Shown: positions 10,407 to 19,893, numbered from the stretch's first letter. The stretch: 64,000 nt of DNA from an uncultured Candidatus Saccharibacteria bacterium (GCA_964648765.1 CAZYLF010000001.1:165797-229796), one strand, 5' to 3'. A program made the numbers and translations. Notes: a model not told the origin generated them from the sequence alone.

Positions 10407-10757
10407 ATGACACGATCACTTAAAAAGGGTCCCTACGTTGACCCAAGATTACTAAAAAAGATTGTTGGCAAAAAACCCACTAGCTCTGGGGTTATTAAAA
10501 CGTGGTCACGCGCCTGCCAAATTAGTCCTGAAATGGTGGGTTTTACTTTTGGAGTTCATAATGGCCGAGAGCATTTACCAGTTTTGGTTACTGAGGAGAT
10601 GGTGGGACATCGCTTGGGAGAATTTTCTCCAACTCGCAAATTCTTACGCCATGGAGGTAAGATGCAAAAGGAGTTAGAGATAAAGAAGAAGGAGTCTGAA
10701 ATTGCTGCCGCTAAAGCCGCTAAAGAAGCTCCTGCCGCCGGCGCCGCTAAAAAATAA
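10407..10757 (+). CDS. rpsS: 30S ribosomal protein S19 with Lys/Ala C-terminal extension
   Basis: [28 protein letters not shown]. Confidence 0.97.
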   Translation: MTRSLKKGPYVDPRLLKKIVGKKPTSSGVIKTWSRACQISPEMVGFTFGVHNGREHLPVLVTEEMVGHRLGEFSPTRKFLRHGGKMQKELEIKKKESEIAAAKAAKEAPAAGAAKK

Positions 10758-10766
10758 TTTTTAAAC

Positions 10767-11096
10767 ATGAAGGCTACACTTACAAATTATCATCAAGCTC
10801 CTCGCAAGGTTCGCCTTGTGGCTAATTTGCTGAAAGGTAAAAAGGTTGATGAAGCCTTGGTGGTTTTAAACTTTATGCCTAAGCGCGCAGGCGCTCCAGT
10901 GGCCAAACTTATTAACTCGGCTTTGGCTAATGCGCTTAGTGATGGTAAAGTAGACCGCACCAAACTTATTATCAAAGGTATCACCGTTGATAAGGGTTTA
11001 GTTTTTAAACGTTTCCGACCTGCGGCTCGTGGTAGCGCTCACCCAATTAACAAGCGCACCAGCCACGTTAAGGTTGAGCTTGCTTTGAAAAAATAA
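10767..11096 (+). CDS. rplV: 50S ribosomal protein L22
   Basis: PRKVRLVA, KRFRPAARG, KRTSH. Confidence 0.96.
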   Translation: MKATLTNYHQAPRKVRLVANLLKGKKVDEALVVLNFMPKRAGAPVAKLINSALANALSDGKVDRTKLIIKGITVDKGLVFKRFRPAARGSAHPINKRTSHVKVELALKK

Positions 11097-11100
11097 ATTT

Positions 11101-11763
11101 ATGACGCACAGTGTCCATCCATATTCACATCGTTTAGGTATCATCCGCGACTGGCAAAGCCGTTGGTTTGGCGTGCGTGGTAAATATCAAGAAATGCTCC
11201 GCGTTGATGTACTTCTCCGAGAGTTTTTAGAGAAAAAATTACGCGGATTTTTTGTGAGTTCAATTGAGGTTGAGAGAGGGGCTAACTCACTTAGGATCAT
11301 TGTGAAAACGGCGCGTCCAGGTATGGTGATTGGCCGAAATGGCGAGGGTTCAATTAAACTCAAGAATGATATCCTTAAGTTTTTTGCCAAAATTAAAGCT
11401 ACGGTGCCGAAGGAGTTTAAATTAGATATTGAGGAGGTTAAAAATCCTGAAGCTTCAGCCGCTATTGCCGCTCAATTAGTAATTGAGGCACTCGAAAAGC
11501 GTATGCCTTTCAAGCGCGTTTTAAAACAAACAGTGGAGAAGATTATGGCCAATCGCAATGTGGAAGGCGCCAGAATTGATGTTTCTGGACGTTTGGGTGG
11601 TGCAGACATTGCCCGCAGTGAGAGCTTAAAGCGTGGTCGTTTGCCACTCCAAACTCTCCGAGCCGACATTGATTTTGCTAAAGATGAGGCGCATCTTTCA
11701 TACGGTGTTATTGGTATCAAGGTGTGGGTGTATAAAGGTTTAATTTTCAAACAAGATAAATAA
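11101..11763 (+). CDS. rpsC: 30S ribosomal protein S3
   Basis: VHP..RLG, RPGMVIG, SGRLGGADIAR, PLQTLRADID, GVIGIKVW. Confidence 0.97.
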   Translation: MTHSVHPYSHRLGIIRDWQSRWFGVRGKYQEMLRVDVLLREFLEKKLRGFFVSSIEVERGANSLRIIVKTARPGMVIGRNGEGSIKLKNDILKFFAKIKATVPKEFKLDIEEVKNPEASAAIAAQLVIEALEKRMPFKRVLKQTVEKIMANRNVEGARIDVSGRLGGADIARSESLKRGRLPLQTLRADIDFAKDEAHLSYGVIGIKVWVYKGLIFKQDK

Positions 11764-11771
11764 ATACCACC

Positions 11772-12191
11772 ATGATGATCCCAAAGAAAGTTAAATATCG
11801 TAAGTGGCACACCATGCGCCGTAATGCCACTAAGGGCAGATTTGAAACTCGTGGTCTTGAAGTCTCCTTCGGCTCTTATGGTCTCAAAGCTGAAACAGCC
11901 GGTCGCGTGCGCTCCACTCAACTTGAATCAGCACGCAAAGTTATTTCTCGCTATATTAAAAAGGGCGGTAAAATGTGGATTCGAGTTTTCCCAGACCGAC
12001 CTTACACCGCTAAGCCAGCTGAAGTAGGTATGGGTAAAGGTAAAGGCGATCCACAAGGTTACGAGTTTCAGGTGTGGCCTGGTCGAGTGATCTTTGAGGT
12101 TGATGGACTTGATAGCGCCACTTCACGCGCGGTGCTCATTGAGGCAGGCTCAAAGTTGCCAATTAAGTCAAAAATTGTGAAGCGCGTATAA
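11772..12191 (+). CDS. rplP: 50S ribosomal protein L16
   Basis: PKKVKYRK, WIRVFPD, MGKGKG, KLP. Confidence 0.97.
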   Translation: MMIPKKVKYRKWHTMRRNATKGRFETRGLEVSFGSYGLKAETAGRVRSTQLESARKVISRYIKKGGKMWIRVFPDRPYTAKPAEVGMGKGKGDPQGYEFQVWPGRVIFEVDGLDSATSRAVLIEAGSKLPIKSKIVKRV

Positions 12192-12200
12192 TTTTTAAAC

Positions 12201-12389
12201 ATGGCTAAGAAAACCGTAAAAGTTATTAAATCAAAACCCGAGATCCTAAAGGAGCTCGGTGAAAAGCGACGCTCTTTACGCGGCATTCGCTTTGGTGAGG
12301 CCGGAAGTCGTACCACTAACGTTAAGGCTCAGAAGGGCTTGCGCAGAGAAATTGCTGTGCTACTCTCACAGTTACCTACTGCCAAATAA
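12201..12389 (+). CDS. rpmC: 50S ribosomal protein L29
   Basis: Position between rplP and rpsQ; IRF...LRREIA motif; divergent. Confidence 0.85.
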   Translation: MAKKTVKVIKSKPEILKELGEKRRSLRGIRFGEAGSRTTNVKAQKGLRREIAVLLSQLPTAK

Positions 12390-12392
12390 TTT

Positions 12393-12638
12393 ATGAAAAC
12401 CGAAAACGTAAAAACAGGTAAAATTTTGGAAGGCGTCGTTGTCTCCGACAAAATGGCTAAAACCGTAGTTGTTTTGGTGAAGCGTTTTGTGAAGCACCCT
12501 AAGTACGGTAAGTTTATGACCATCTCTGATCGTTATAAGGCACACGACGAAGCCAATGCCTTTAAGGTAGGGGATAAGGTAAAAATCCGAAGCACTCGAC
12601 CTCTCTCTAAAGATAAGTTTTTTGAAGTTATAAATTAA
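12393..12638 (+). CDS. rpsQ: 30S ribosomal protein S17
   Basis: [30 protein letters not shown]. Confidence 0.97.
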   Translation: MKTENVKTGKILEGVVVSDKMAKTVVVLVKRFVKHPKYGKFMTISDRYKAHDEANAFKVGDKVKIRSTRPLSKDKFFEVIN

Positions 12639-12640
12639 TC

Positions 12641-13012
12641 ATGATTCAACCACGTTCCATCGTAAAAATTGCAGATAACACCGGTGCCAAACTCGGACGT
12701 ATTTTTAAAGTGCTTGGAGGCTCTAAGCGTCGTTATGCCGAGATTGGTGATTTGGTAATTCTCTCTATTCAAACTGCTGATCCAAAAAAAGCGGTGAAGA
12801 AAAAGGACGTGGTGCAAGGTTTGGTGGTTCGTCAGAAAAAGGCTTTCCGTCGTAAAGATGGATCTTACGTGCGCTTTGATGAAAATGCCGTAATTATTTT
12901 AGAAAAAGGGAAGCAAGATCCAATTGGCGCGCGCGTTTTCGGTCCGATCCCACGCGAGATTGCCGAACTTGGTTATCAGAAAATTGTGTCGCTAGCCCCA
13001 GAAATTGTATAA
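12641..13012 (+). CDS. rplN: 50S ribosomal protein L14
   Basis: MIQ..ADNTGA, RFDENA, FGPIPRE, SLAPE. Confidence 0.97.
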   Translation: MIQPRSIVKIADNTGAKLGRIFKVLGGSKRRYAEIGDLVILSIQTADPKKAVKKKDVVQGLVVRQKKAFRRKDGSYVRFDENAVIILEKGKQDPIGARVFGPIPREIAELGYQKIVSLAPEIV

Positions 13013-13021
13013 ATAACTACC

Positions 13022-13330
13022 ATGACAAGAATTAAAAAAGGCGACAATATTGTGGTGATAACAGGTAAGGACGCTGGCAAAAAGGCCAAAGTTTTAAAAA
13101 TGTTAAATAAAAGCGGAAAGCTTTTGGCTGAAGGTGTTAATGTTTCAAAGCGTCGTCAAAAGCCTCGTAAGAGTAACGAGAAGGGTCAAACTTTAGAGAA
13201 GGCTCTCCCTATTAACGTTTCAAATGTTTTGCCATGGTGCTCCACTTGCGCTAAGGGGGTGCGCGTGGGTTCAAAAATGATTAAAAATAATAAGGTCCGA
13301 ATTTGCCGAGGTTGCGAGAAAGAAATATAA
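13022..13330 (+). CDS. rplX: 50S ribosomal protein L24
   Basis: IKKGD..VITGKD.GK, EGVN, PINVSNV, RVG; two CxxC pairs near the C-terminus. Confidence 0.95.
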   Translation: MTRIKKGDNIVVITGKDAGKKAKVLKMLNKSGKLLAEGVNVSKRRQKPRKSNEKGQTLEKALPINVSNVLPWCSTCAKGVRVGSKMIKNNKVRICRGCEKEI

Positions 13331-13332
13331 AC

Positions 13333-13869
13333 ATGAGTTTAACTAAAGATAAAATTAAAAAAGGCGAGGCGGAACTCAAGAAGACTTTGGGGGTAAAAAG
13401 CGTGATGGCTTTGCCACGCATTACCAAAGTGGTGGTGAGCGCTGGTGTAGGTAAAATGTGCGAGAAAAAGCAATTAGAATTAATTGCTGATCGCTTTGCC
13501 AAAATCACAGGCCAAAAGGCTTCACTTCGTGGCGCTAAAAAGTCAGTGGCCTCATTTAAAGTGCGTCAGGGTGAGACAGTAGGGATGATGACCACGCTCC
13601 GTGGCGCGCGGATGTGGGGCTTTCTTGATAAGCTATTTAACGTGGCGGTGCCTCGTATGCGTGACTTCCGAGGATTTAATGAGACATCTATTTCCGATTC
13701 TGGCACGCTTAGCTTGGGCTTTAAAGAGCACACTATTTTCCCTGAGACGGCTGATGAAGAGGCCAAAGACATTTTCGGCTTTGCTGTAAGTATTGTTACT
13801 ACGGCCAAAACTAAAAAGGAGGCCCTGGCTCTTTTTCACACCATTCACTTACCTTTCAAAAAGGCCTAA
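13333..13869 (+). CDS. rplE: 50S ribosomal protein L5
   Basis: ITGQK, AKKSVASFKVR, TLRG..MW.FL, PRMRDFRG, IFPE; start moved to ATG 13333 after the rplX stop. Confidence 0.96.
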   Translation: MSLTKDKIKKGEAELKKTLGVKSVMALPRITKVVVSAGVGKMCEKKQLELIADRFAKITGQKASLRGAKKSVASFKVRQGETVGMMTTLRGARMWGFLDKLFNVAVPRMRDFRGFNETSISDSGTLSLGFKEHTIFPETADEEAKDIFGFAVSIVTTAKTKKEALALFHTIHLPFKKA

Positions 13870-13879
13870 ATTTAACTTG

Positions 13880-13910
13880 GAAACTGCATTCGAAAGGGTG
13901 CAGTTTTTTC
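13880..13910 (+). terminator. Intrinsic terminator after rplE
   Basis: AAACTGCATTC-gaaa-GGGTGCAGTTT followed by Ts. Confidence 0.75.
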
Positions 13911-13936
13911 TTTTGTAAAATATCAAGGTTCGATCT

Positions 13937-13991
13937 CGCTCGGGTAACAGCTTAGTCCACCTCATGTGTGCGGTGGGTCTCCGCTTGAGTG
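13937..13991 (+). other. Structured intergenic element (nested stems with G-U pairs)
   Basis: CGCTCGGGT pairs with GCTTGAGTG and encloses a CCACC...GGTGG stem. Confidence 0.4.
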
Positions 13992-14025
13992 TAAATTAAA
14001 AATTTGCTATTAATTAGTGTGGGAA

Positions 14026-14049
14026 CTTACTCAAAACGTTTTGAGTAAG
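14026..14049. repeat. Perfect 24-bp palindrome
   Basis: CTTACTCAAAACGTTTTGAGTAAG equals its own reverse complement. Confidence 0.9.
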
Positions 14050-14071
14050 CGGGTCATTTAGAAAAGGGGTA

Positions 14072-14407
14072 ATGATCATGGGGTACTTTGATGATGCGGT
14101 TGCCAGATTGGACACCCGAACACCGGAGCAGCGAGCGGCTGATGAGAAGTTTTGTCGTCAGGCGCGAGCCAAAGAGAAAGCAATGCGCTTTCAGTTGCCA
14201 CCCTACCTTTACGTCTACGGTCAAAGGGTGACGGTGGTTTACAGTGGCAAGTTGGTTTTGGCTAAACCGGGCAGGTACACGGCGATTATTACTGATTGGG
14301 TTGAAGAGAACCCAATTAGACGAATTAGCGCCAAAATCTGTTTTACTAGCCTGAAGGGGGATGTTTGGCACAATTACAACATCGCCCTCGAGGACATTGT
14401 GAAGTAA
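14072..14407 (+). CDS. Hypothetical protein inserted in the spc cluster (alternative start 14078)
   Basis: ORF with GAAAAGGGG SD-like site and its own terminator, between rplE and rpsN. Confidence 0.65.
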   Translation: MIMGYFDDAVARLDTRTPEQRAADEKFCRQARAKEKAMRFQLPPYLYVYGQRVTVVYSGKLVLAKPGRYTAIITDWVEENPIRRISAKICFTSLKGDVWHNYNIALEDIVK

Positions 14408-14425
14408 ACATTAGGTAAATATTAT

Positions 14426-14460
14426 CCGCTGGAGTTCTAAACTCCAGCGGGTCTTTTGTT
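14426..14460 (+). terminator. Intrinsic terminator
   Basis: CCGCTGGAGTT-cta-AACTCCAGCGG then TCTTTTGTTT. Confidence 0.7.
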
Positions 14461-14462
14461 TG

Positions 14463-14491
14463 TTGACTTCCCTTACGTTTGTTGATAGCAT
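14463..14491 (+). promoter_or_regulatory. Promoter restarting the spc cluster at rpsN
   Basis: TTGACT-17 nt-TAGCAT with extended TG. Confidence 0.6.
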
Positions 14492-14537
14492 GCTCTTGGC
14501 TCAGTGGAGCCTTTTTATTTACACCTTTCCTTAATTT

Positions 14538-14723
14538 ATGGCGAAAACATCGGTAAAAGCACGGGCAGCCAAAAAGCCCAAATTTAGCACACGGGTAGTC
14601 CGACGTTGTTTTCGTTGTGGTCGTAAGAGGGGATATATGAGAGACTTCACACTCTGCCGTATTTGTTTCCGCGAGTTAGCTAATGAGGGTAAAATCCCAG
14701 GTATTCGCAAATCTTCTTGGTAA
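14538..14723 (+). CDS. rpsN: 30S ribosomal protein S14, Zn-binding 61-aa type
   Basis: RCFRCGR...LCRICFRELA..G.IPG.RKSSW. Confidence 0.97.
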   Translation: MAKTSVKARAAKKPKFSTRVVRRCFRCGRKRGYMRDFTLCRICFRELANEGKIPGIRKSSW

Positions 14724-14737
14724 TTTAAATCTGAATC

Positions 14738-15133
14738 ATGATCAACGATCCTCTTTCCAACATGTTAATTAGTTTAAAGAACGCCGCTATGGTGAAGATT
14801 CCTAGCGTCGAAGTTCCTTTTTCAAACCTTAAATCAAACGTCGCCGACGTGCTCATGGCCGAGGGTTACATTACTCGATCGGTTAAAAAGGGTAAAAAGA
14901 TCAAAAAAACTTTAGAGATGGATATTGCCTACAGTGCTTCTGGTCAACCTAAAATTCAAGAGGTTAAGAGGATTTCCAAACCATCTCGTCGAGTTTATAT
15001 TTCTCATAAGGAGATTATTCCAGTGCGTCGCGGTTATGGTCGTTTAATTCTCTCAACCCCTAAGGGTATTCTCACTGGAGACAATGCTCGCAAAGCGGGG
15101 GTGGGTGGTGAGGCTTTATTTAAAATCTGGTAA
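14738..15133 (+). CDS. rpsH: 30S ribosomal protein S8
   Basis: DPLSNML, EGYI, RISKPSRRVY, ILSTPKG, GGE. Confidence 0.97.
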   Translation: MINDPLSNMLISLKNAAMVKIPSVEVPFSNLKSNVADVLMAEGYITRSVKKGKKIKKTLEMDIAYSASGQPKIQEVKRISKPSRRVYISHKEIIPVRRGYGRLILSTPKGILTGDNARKAGVGGEALFKIW

Positions 15134-15142
15134 TTTTCAACC

Positions 15143-15679
15143 ATGTCACGTTTAGCTAAAAAACCGATAATGATCCCAGAAAAAGTTAAAGTCGCTATTG
15201 AAGCGGGTAATTTTACCGTAACTGGGCCACTTGGTAATTTAATTTTAAAAATGAATTCTTTAGTAAATGTGAAGATTTCTGATAACCAAATTGAGTTAAG
15301 CTCAGTTGGCAGCTCACTCCGTGCTCGCGCACTTCTTGGCACCTACGCTTCTCATATTAAAAATATGGTAGCAGGAGTAGTGTCTGGTTTTAAAAAGCAG
15401 TTATTAATTGAAGGCGTAGGTTTTAAGGTCGCTCAAGCGGGTAATACTCTTACCTTTAACCTTGGTTTTTCTCACCCAATTAAAGTTGAGGTGCCAAAGA
15501 CTCTTAAGGTCACCACAGATAAAGGCGAGATCCATATCTCTGGCGCATCAAAAGAGGAGGTCGGACAATTTTCTGCAGAGATCCGCGCTCTTAAAAAACC
15601 AGAGCCTTACAAGGGTAAGGGTATCCGCTACAGCGACGAGGTGATCTTACGCAAACAAGGTAAAAAGGTTGTAGCCTAA
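15143..15679 (+). CDS. rplF: 50S ribosomal protein L6
   Basis: MSR..KKP, GPLG, LGFSHP, PEPYKGKGIRY. Confidence 0.97.
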   Translation: MSRLAKKPIMIPEKVKVAIEAGNFTVTGPLGNLILKMNSLVNVKISDNQIELSSVGSSLRARALLGTYASHIKNMVAGVVSGFKKQLLIEGVGFKVAQAGNTLTFNLGFSHPIKVEVPKTLKVTTDKGEIHISGASKEEVGQFSAEIRALKKPEPYKGKGIRYSDEVILRKQGKKVVA

Positions 15680-15688
15680 ACTGAAAAC

Positions 15689-16069
15689 ATGATTAATCAA
15701 ATTTCTAAAATTAAGCGTCGCCATAATCGAGTAAGGTCTAAGGTGGCCGGCACCGCTCTTTGCCCACGCCTCGCCGTGTTCCGTTCCAACAAACAAATTT
15801 TTGCTCAACTCATTGACGATGAATCGGGTAAAACTTTAGCCGCTTCAAGTGGTGCTGAAACTAAAAAGAGCAAAGAAAAAATTGCTTTGCCTGAAGGGAT
15901 GGAAAAGTTCCGCAAAGTAAGCGAGGCGTTTATTGTGGGTAAGTTATTGGGTGATAAAGCTCAAGCTAAAAAAATTAGTAAAGTAGTTTATGATCGTGGT
16001 GGTAATCGATACACTGGTCGGGTAAGAGCGGTGGCCGAGGGCGCGCGTGCGGCTGGACTCAAATTTTAA
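15689..16069 (+). CDS. rplR: 50S ribosomal protein L18
   Basis: PRLAVFRSN, AQLIDD, DRGG.RYTGRV, ARAAGLKF. Confidence 0.97.
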   Translation: MINQISKIKRRHNRVRSKVAGTALCPRLAVFRSNKQIFAQLIDDESGKTLAASSGAETKKSKEKIALPEGMEKFRKVSEAFIVGKLLGDKAQAKKISKVVYDRGGNRYTGRVRAVAEGARAAGLKF

Positions 16070-16072
16070 TTT

Positions 16073-16597
16073 ATGGATACAAATAATAATAAAAAAGGAA
16101 GAGACGGAAGAGACGGACGCGGCGGTGGCCGGGGTGGTAGAGGTGGTATGGGCCGACCAGCTCCTTCTGAATATGATCACAAAATCCTCGGCATTCGTCG
16201 GGTAACTCGTGTGGTAGCTGGCGGAAGACGTTTTAGCTTTTCTATTGCGGTGGTGCTTGGCAACAAAAAGGGCAAGGTTGGTCTTGGGGTAGGTAAAGGT
16301 GGGGATATTTCAGCTTCAATTGAAAAGGCGGTTAAGGATGCTAAAAAACATTTAATCACAGTTTCGCTCACCAAAACCCAATCTATTCCTCATGAAGTTT
16401 ACGCTAAGTTCTCAAGTTCCCGGGTAGAGATCAGACCGTCACCGGGCAGGGGTATGGTGGCTGGTAGCTCAGTACGCATGATTTTGGAATTACTTGGGGC
16501 CAGAGACGTTAGTGCTAAAATTTTTTCAAAGAGTAAAAATAAGTTAAACAATGGTCGCGCCACAATGAAAGCTTTAGAATCACTTGCTGTGAAATAA
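16073..16597 (+). CDS. rpsE: 30S ribosomal protein S5
   Basis: RRVTRVVAGGRRFSF, VG.G.GK; Gly/Arg-rich N-terminus. Confidence 0.96.
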   Translation: MDTNNNKKGRDGRDGRGGGRGGRGGMGRPAPSEYDHKILGIRRVTRVVAGGRRFSFSIAVVLGNKKGKVGLGVGKGGDISASIEKAVKDAKKHLITVSLTKTQSIPHEVYAKFSSSRVEIRPSPGRGMVAGSSVRMILELLGARDVSAKIFSKSKNKLNNGRATMKALESLAVK

Positions 16598-16606
16598 AAT
16601 TTATTT

Positions 16607-17032
16607 ATGCAATTACATAATTTAAAACGCCATAGCGGGATGAAGAAAAAAAAGATCGTTGGTCGTGGCGGTAAGCGTGGCACCACGTCTGGTAAGGGCA
16701 CTAAGGGTCAAAAGGCTCGTGCTGGTCATCGCATTCGCCCTGAGATCCGTGACATGATCAAAAAACTCCCTCGTCTCCGAGGGCGCGGAAAAAACTATTT
16801 AAAAACTGTTACCCTAATGGGAGCCGTAGTAAATTTGGCTGATATTGAGCGCCACTTTAAAGCTGGTGACACAGTAAATCCAAGCGCCCTTTTTCAAGCC
16901 GGTCTAATTAGCAAAGAGGGAGGCCGTTTGCCAAAGGTAAAAATTTTAGGCAAAGGCACTCTCTCAAAAAAGTTAACTTTTAAAGACTGTGAGTTTTCTC
17001 GCCCGGTGGCGGTTAAATTAGGTCATGAGTAA
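16607..17032 (+). CDS. rplO: 50S ribosomal protein L15 (no rpmD upstream)
   Basis: VGRGGKRGTTSGKGTKGQKARAG, VKILGKG; only 9 nt after the rpsE stop. Confidence 0.96.
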   Translation: MQLHNLKRHSGMKKKKIVGRGGKRGTTSGKGTKGQKARAGHRIRPEIRDMIKKLPRLRGRGKNYLKTVTLMGAVVNLADIERHFKAGDTVNPSALFQAGLISKEGGRLPKVKILGKGTLSKKLTFKDCEFSRPVAVKLGHE

Positions 17033-18296
17033 ATTTTGGCAAAAAATTAAATTAATATTTGCAGACACCACTCTTCGTCGTCGGGTGCTTTTTACTGGTT
17101 TTGCTTTAATTCTTTTCCGCTTTGGCGCGGCAATTCCTATCCCAGGGGTAAACACACTTGAGCTCGAACGCTTACTTTCTGGTAACCAATTTTTGGGCCT
17201 TTTAAACATTTTTTCTGGTGGTGGTTTAAGTAACCTCTCGATTGTGATGCTTGGAGTGGGGCCATTTATTACGGCCTCAATTATTATGCAGTTGCTTACC
17301 ATTATGTTCCCGTCTCTTAAAGAGATGTACCAAGAGTCAGGGGAGGCTGGCAGGCGTAAATTTACTCAGTATTCTCGCATGATCACTGTGCCACTAGCCG
17401 CCCTCCAAGGTTTGGCGCTCATCAGCTTGCTTACTTCACAAGGGGTAATTGGTGAACTTGCCCTTTCTCAAAAAATTGTAAACTTGGTGGTGGTAGTGGC
17501 TGGAGCTGTACTCTTAATGTGGCTGGGGGAATTGATTAGTGAGTTTGGTATTGGTAATGGCACTTCACTCTTAATCTTTGCTGGTATCGTCGCCAGTATT
17601 CCAAGTACGGCTGCGCAAATCATTGCCACTTTTGACCCATCTGACATCCCAATCTACTTAGGATTTTTAGTAGTGGCTATAGTGGTGGTGGCTGGTGTGG
17701 TGGTAGTAACGGAAGCGGAGCGACCAATCCCTGTAACTTACGCCAAACAAGTGCGAGGCAACAAACTCTATGGAGGCACTTCCACTTATCTCCCGATCCG
17801 TTTAAATCAAGCTGGTGTGATGCCAATTATTTTTGCTCTCTCGATTTTGCTTTTCCCTCAAATGATCGCGAACTTTTTTAGCACCTCATCGGTTGAAATT
17901 TTGAGTACTATTTCTGGATTTTTACTCGCGATTCTCAATAACCCATGGCTTTATGCTGGTGCTTACTTTATTTTAGTCTTAATGTTTACTTACTTTTATT
18001 CCGCAATTACCTTTGACCCAGCGGCTATTTCAGAAAATCTCCAAAAGGGTGGTGCGTTTATCCCTGGGATTCGCCCAGGTCGACCAACGGAAGTTCATAT
18101 TAGTAAAATTGTTACACGACTCACTTTAGTTGGAGCGCTTTTCTTAGGCATCATTGCGATGTTGCCACTAGCGATGAAGGCAGCCACTGGTATTACCGCA
18201 CTCGCCATTGGCGGTACCGGGCTTTTAATCGTAGTTTCAACTTCATTAGATCTAGTTAAACAAATCAACAGCCAACTCACATTGAGAGAATATTAA
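17025..18296 (+). CDS. secY: Preprotein translocase SecY
   Basis: LGVGPFITASIIMQLL, GIGNGTSLLIF, AGVMPIIFA, IPGIRPG, GGTGLLIVV. Confidence 0.98.
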   Translation: MSKFWQKIKLIFADTTLRRRVLFTGFALILFRFGAAIPIPGVNTLELERLLSGNQFLGLLNIFSGGGLSNLSIVMLGVGPFITASIIMQLLTIMFPSLKEMYQESGEAGRRKFTQYSRMITVPLAALQGLALISLLTSQGVIGELALSQKIVNLVVVVAGAVLLMWLGELISEFGIGNGTSLLIFAGIVASIPSTAAQIIATFDPSDIPIYLGFLVVAIVVVAGVVVVTEAERPIPVTYAKQVRGNKLYGGTSTYLPIRLNQAGVMPIIFALSILLFPQMIANFFSTSSVEILSTISGFLLAILNNPWLYAGAYFILVLMFTYFYSAITFDPAAISENLQKGGAFIPGIRPGRPTEVHISKIVTRLTLVGALFLGIIAMLPLAMKAATGITALAIGGTGLLIVVSTSLDLVKQINSQLTLREY

Positions 18297-18316
18297 GAGA
18301 ATGTTAAACTGGCCAT

Positions 18317-18517
18317 ATGGCAGAGTTTAATTTTGAGAACAGTGGTGAGGAATATTTTGCGCGCAGGGGTGGCCCAAAATCAAGTGTTTTGGTAAATTTA
18401 GTTTTCAAACTCTCTGGGGGCAAGGTCCGCACGACGGAAGGAGCTAATGCTTGCTTACTTGCTGTGGCGATAATGTTTTTCATCTTATCGGGAGTGGTGC
18501 TTTGGTACGGGCTTTAA
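18317..18517 (+). CDS. Small membrane protein
   Basis: 66 aa with C-terminal TM helix; TGtTAAACT-6-ATG upstream. Confidence 0.55.
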   Translation: MAEFNFENSGEEYFARRGGPKSSVLVNLVFKLSGGKVRTTEGANACLLAVAIMFFILSGVVLWYGL

Positions 18518-18531
18518 TTAATACTTTAATT

Positions 18532-19122
18532 ATGAATTCACCACAAGCTTTTATTTTTATTGGACGATCTGGCGCAGGTAAGGGAACGCAGATTAATCTT
18601 TTGCTTGAATATTTTAAAATAGCTAAACCCGAACAGCGCATTCTTTATTCTGAAACGGGAGCATTTTTCAGACAGTTTTTGTCACAAAATACTTATTCAA
18701 GTCAGCGAGCGAAAGAAAAAAATCTTGCCGGTGAACGCGGTGCTGACTTTTTAGCGATTTACCTTTGGGCAGATTTCCTAACCAAAAATTATGAAGCAGG
18801 TCAGACTTTAATTTGCGACGGTTCTCCTCGTTCTTTAAACGAAGCTAAGGCTATGGATACGGCGTTTAAATTTTATAATTTTGGTAAACCCAAAGTAATT
18901 TATTTGGATGTGACAGTTGAGGAGTGTACAGCAAGACTTAAGCGTCGCGCTCGCCCGGATGATATTGCCCCAGGTGGGATTGAAAAACGTCTCGCATGGT
19001 TTGAGAGCGAGGTGATGCCCGCAGTGGACTATTATCGCCAAAGTGATTTTTATGAATTTATTGATATTGACGGCAATCAAGAAGAAGATAAGGTTCGGCA
19101 AGAAATTTTGTCTCATTTATGA
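18532..19122 (+). CDS. adk: Adenylate kinase family NMP kinase (short LID)
   Basis: GRSGAGKGTQ P-loop, DGSPR, RARPDD; located between secY and map; start set at ATG 18532. Confidence 0.85.
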   Translation: MNSPQAFIFIGRSGAGKGTQINLLLEYFKIAKPEQRILYSETGAFFRQFLSQNTYSSQRAKEKNLAGERGADFLAIYLWADFLTKNYEAGQTLICDGSPRSLNEAKAMDTAFKFYNFGKPKVIYLDVTVEECTARLKRRARPDDIAPGGIEKRLAWFESEVMPAVDYYRQSDFYEFIDIDGNQEEDKVRQEILSHL

Positions 19123-19889
19123 TTAAGTTAAAGTCGGAATCAGATTTAATAATAATGCGTGAAGGTGGCAAAAGGTTGGCCACCATTTTACGCTCTGTTG
19201 CCGGGCAAGCTTTACCTGGTGTTAGTGCTAAAACTCTCGATGATCTAGCTTACAAATTAATTAAAGATGGCGGAGATGAGCCGTCATTTTTAAACTACAC
19301 GCCACCGGGGGGAAGACATAAATTCCCCGCATCACTTTGTGTATCAATTAACGACACCATTGTGCATGGTATCCCCACGGTAGATAAAATTTTAAAAGCT
19401 GGTGATACTGTGGGTTTGGATTTAGGTTTAAAACACAAAGGATTTTTTCTCGATTCAGCGATTACGATCGTAGTAGGTTTAGAAAGTGATGAGTTGGATC
19501 GTTTGCTTGCCGTAACGCGCGAGGCACTCATGGCGGGTATTAAGGCGGCGGCCCCAGGTAAGCCACTGGGTGTAATAAGTAACGCAATTGAGCAAGTGGT
19601 GAGCCGAGCTGGGTATGGCCTGGTGCGCGAGCTTGGGGGGCATGGGGTGGGGTATAAGGTGCATGAGGAGCCAGAAGTGCCAAATTATGGCCCTGCCACC
19701 GCTGGGCCAATAATGAAGCCAGGGCTCGTAATTGCCATTGAGCCGATGTTAAATGAGGGCGGTAAAGATGATGTGATATTCTTAGATGACGGATTTACCG
19801 TTAAAACCAAAGACGGTTCGCGTAGTGCCCACTTCGAGCACACCGTGGCGATTACCGAAACCGGTGTAGAGATATTAACTTTAATATAA
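19119..19889 (+). CDS. map: Methionine aminopeptidase type I
   Basis: CVSINDTIVHGIP, DSAIT, GHGVG..VHEEP, AIEPM, SAHFEHT. Confidence 0.97.
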   Translation: MIKLKSESDLIIMREGGKRLATILRSVAGQALPGVSAKTLDDLAYKLIKDGGDEPSFLNYTPPGGRHKFPASLCVSINDTIVHGIPTVDKILKAGDTVGLDLGLKHKGFFLDSAITIVVGLESDELDRLLAVTREALMAGIKAAAPGKPLGVISNAIEQVVSRAGYGLVRELGGHGVGYKVHEEPEVPNYGPATAGPIMKPGLVIAIEPMLNEGGKDDVIFLDDGFTVKTKDGSRSAHFEHTVAITETGVEILTLI

Positions 19890-19893
19890 TAAT

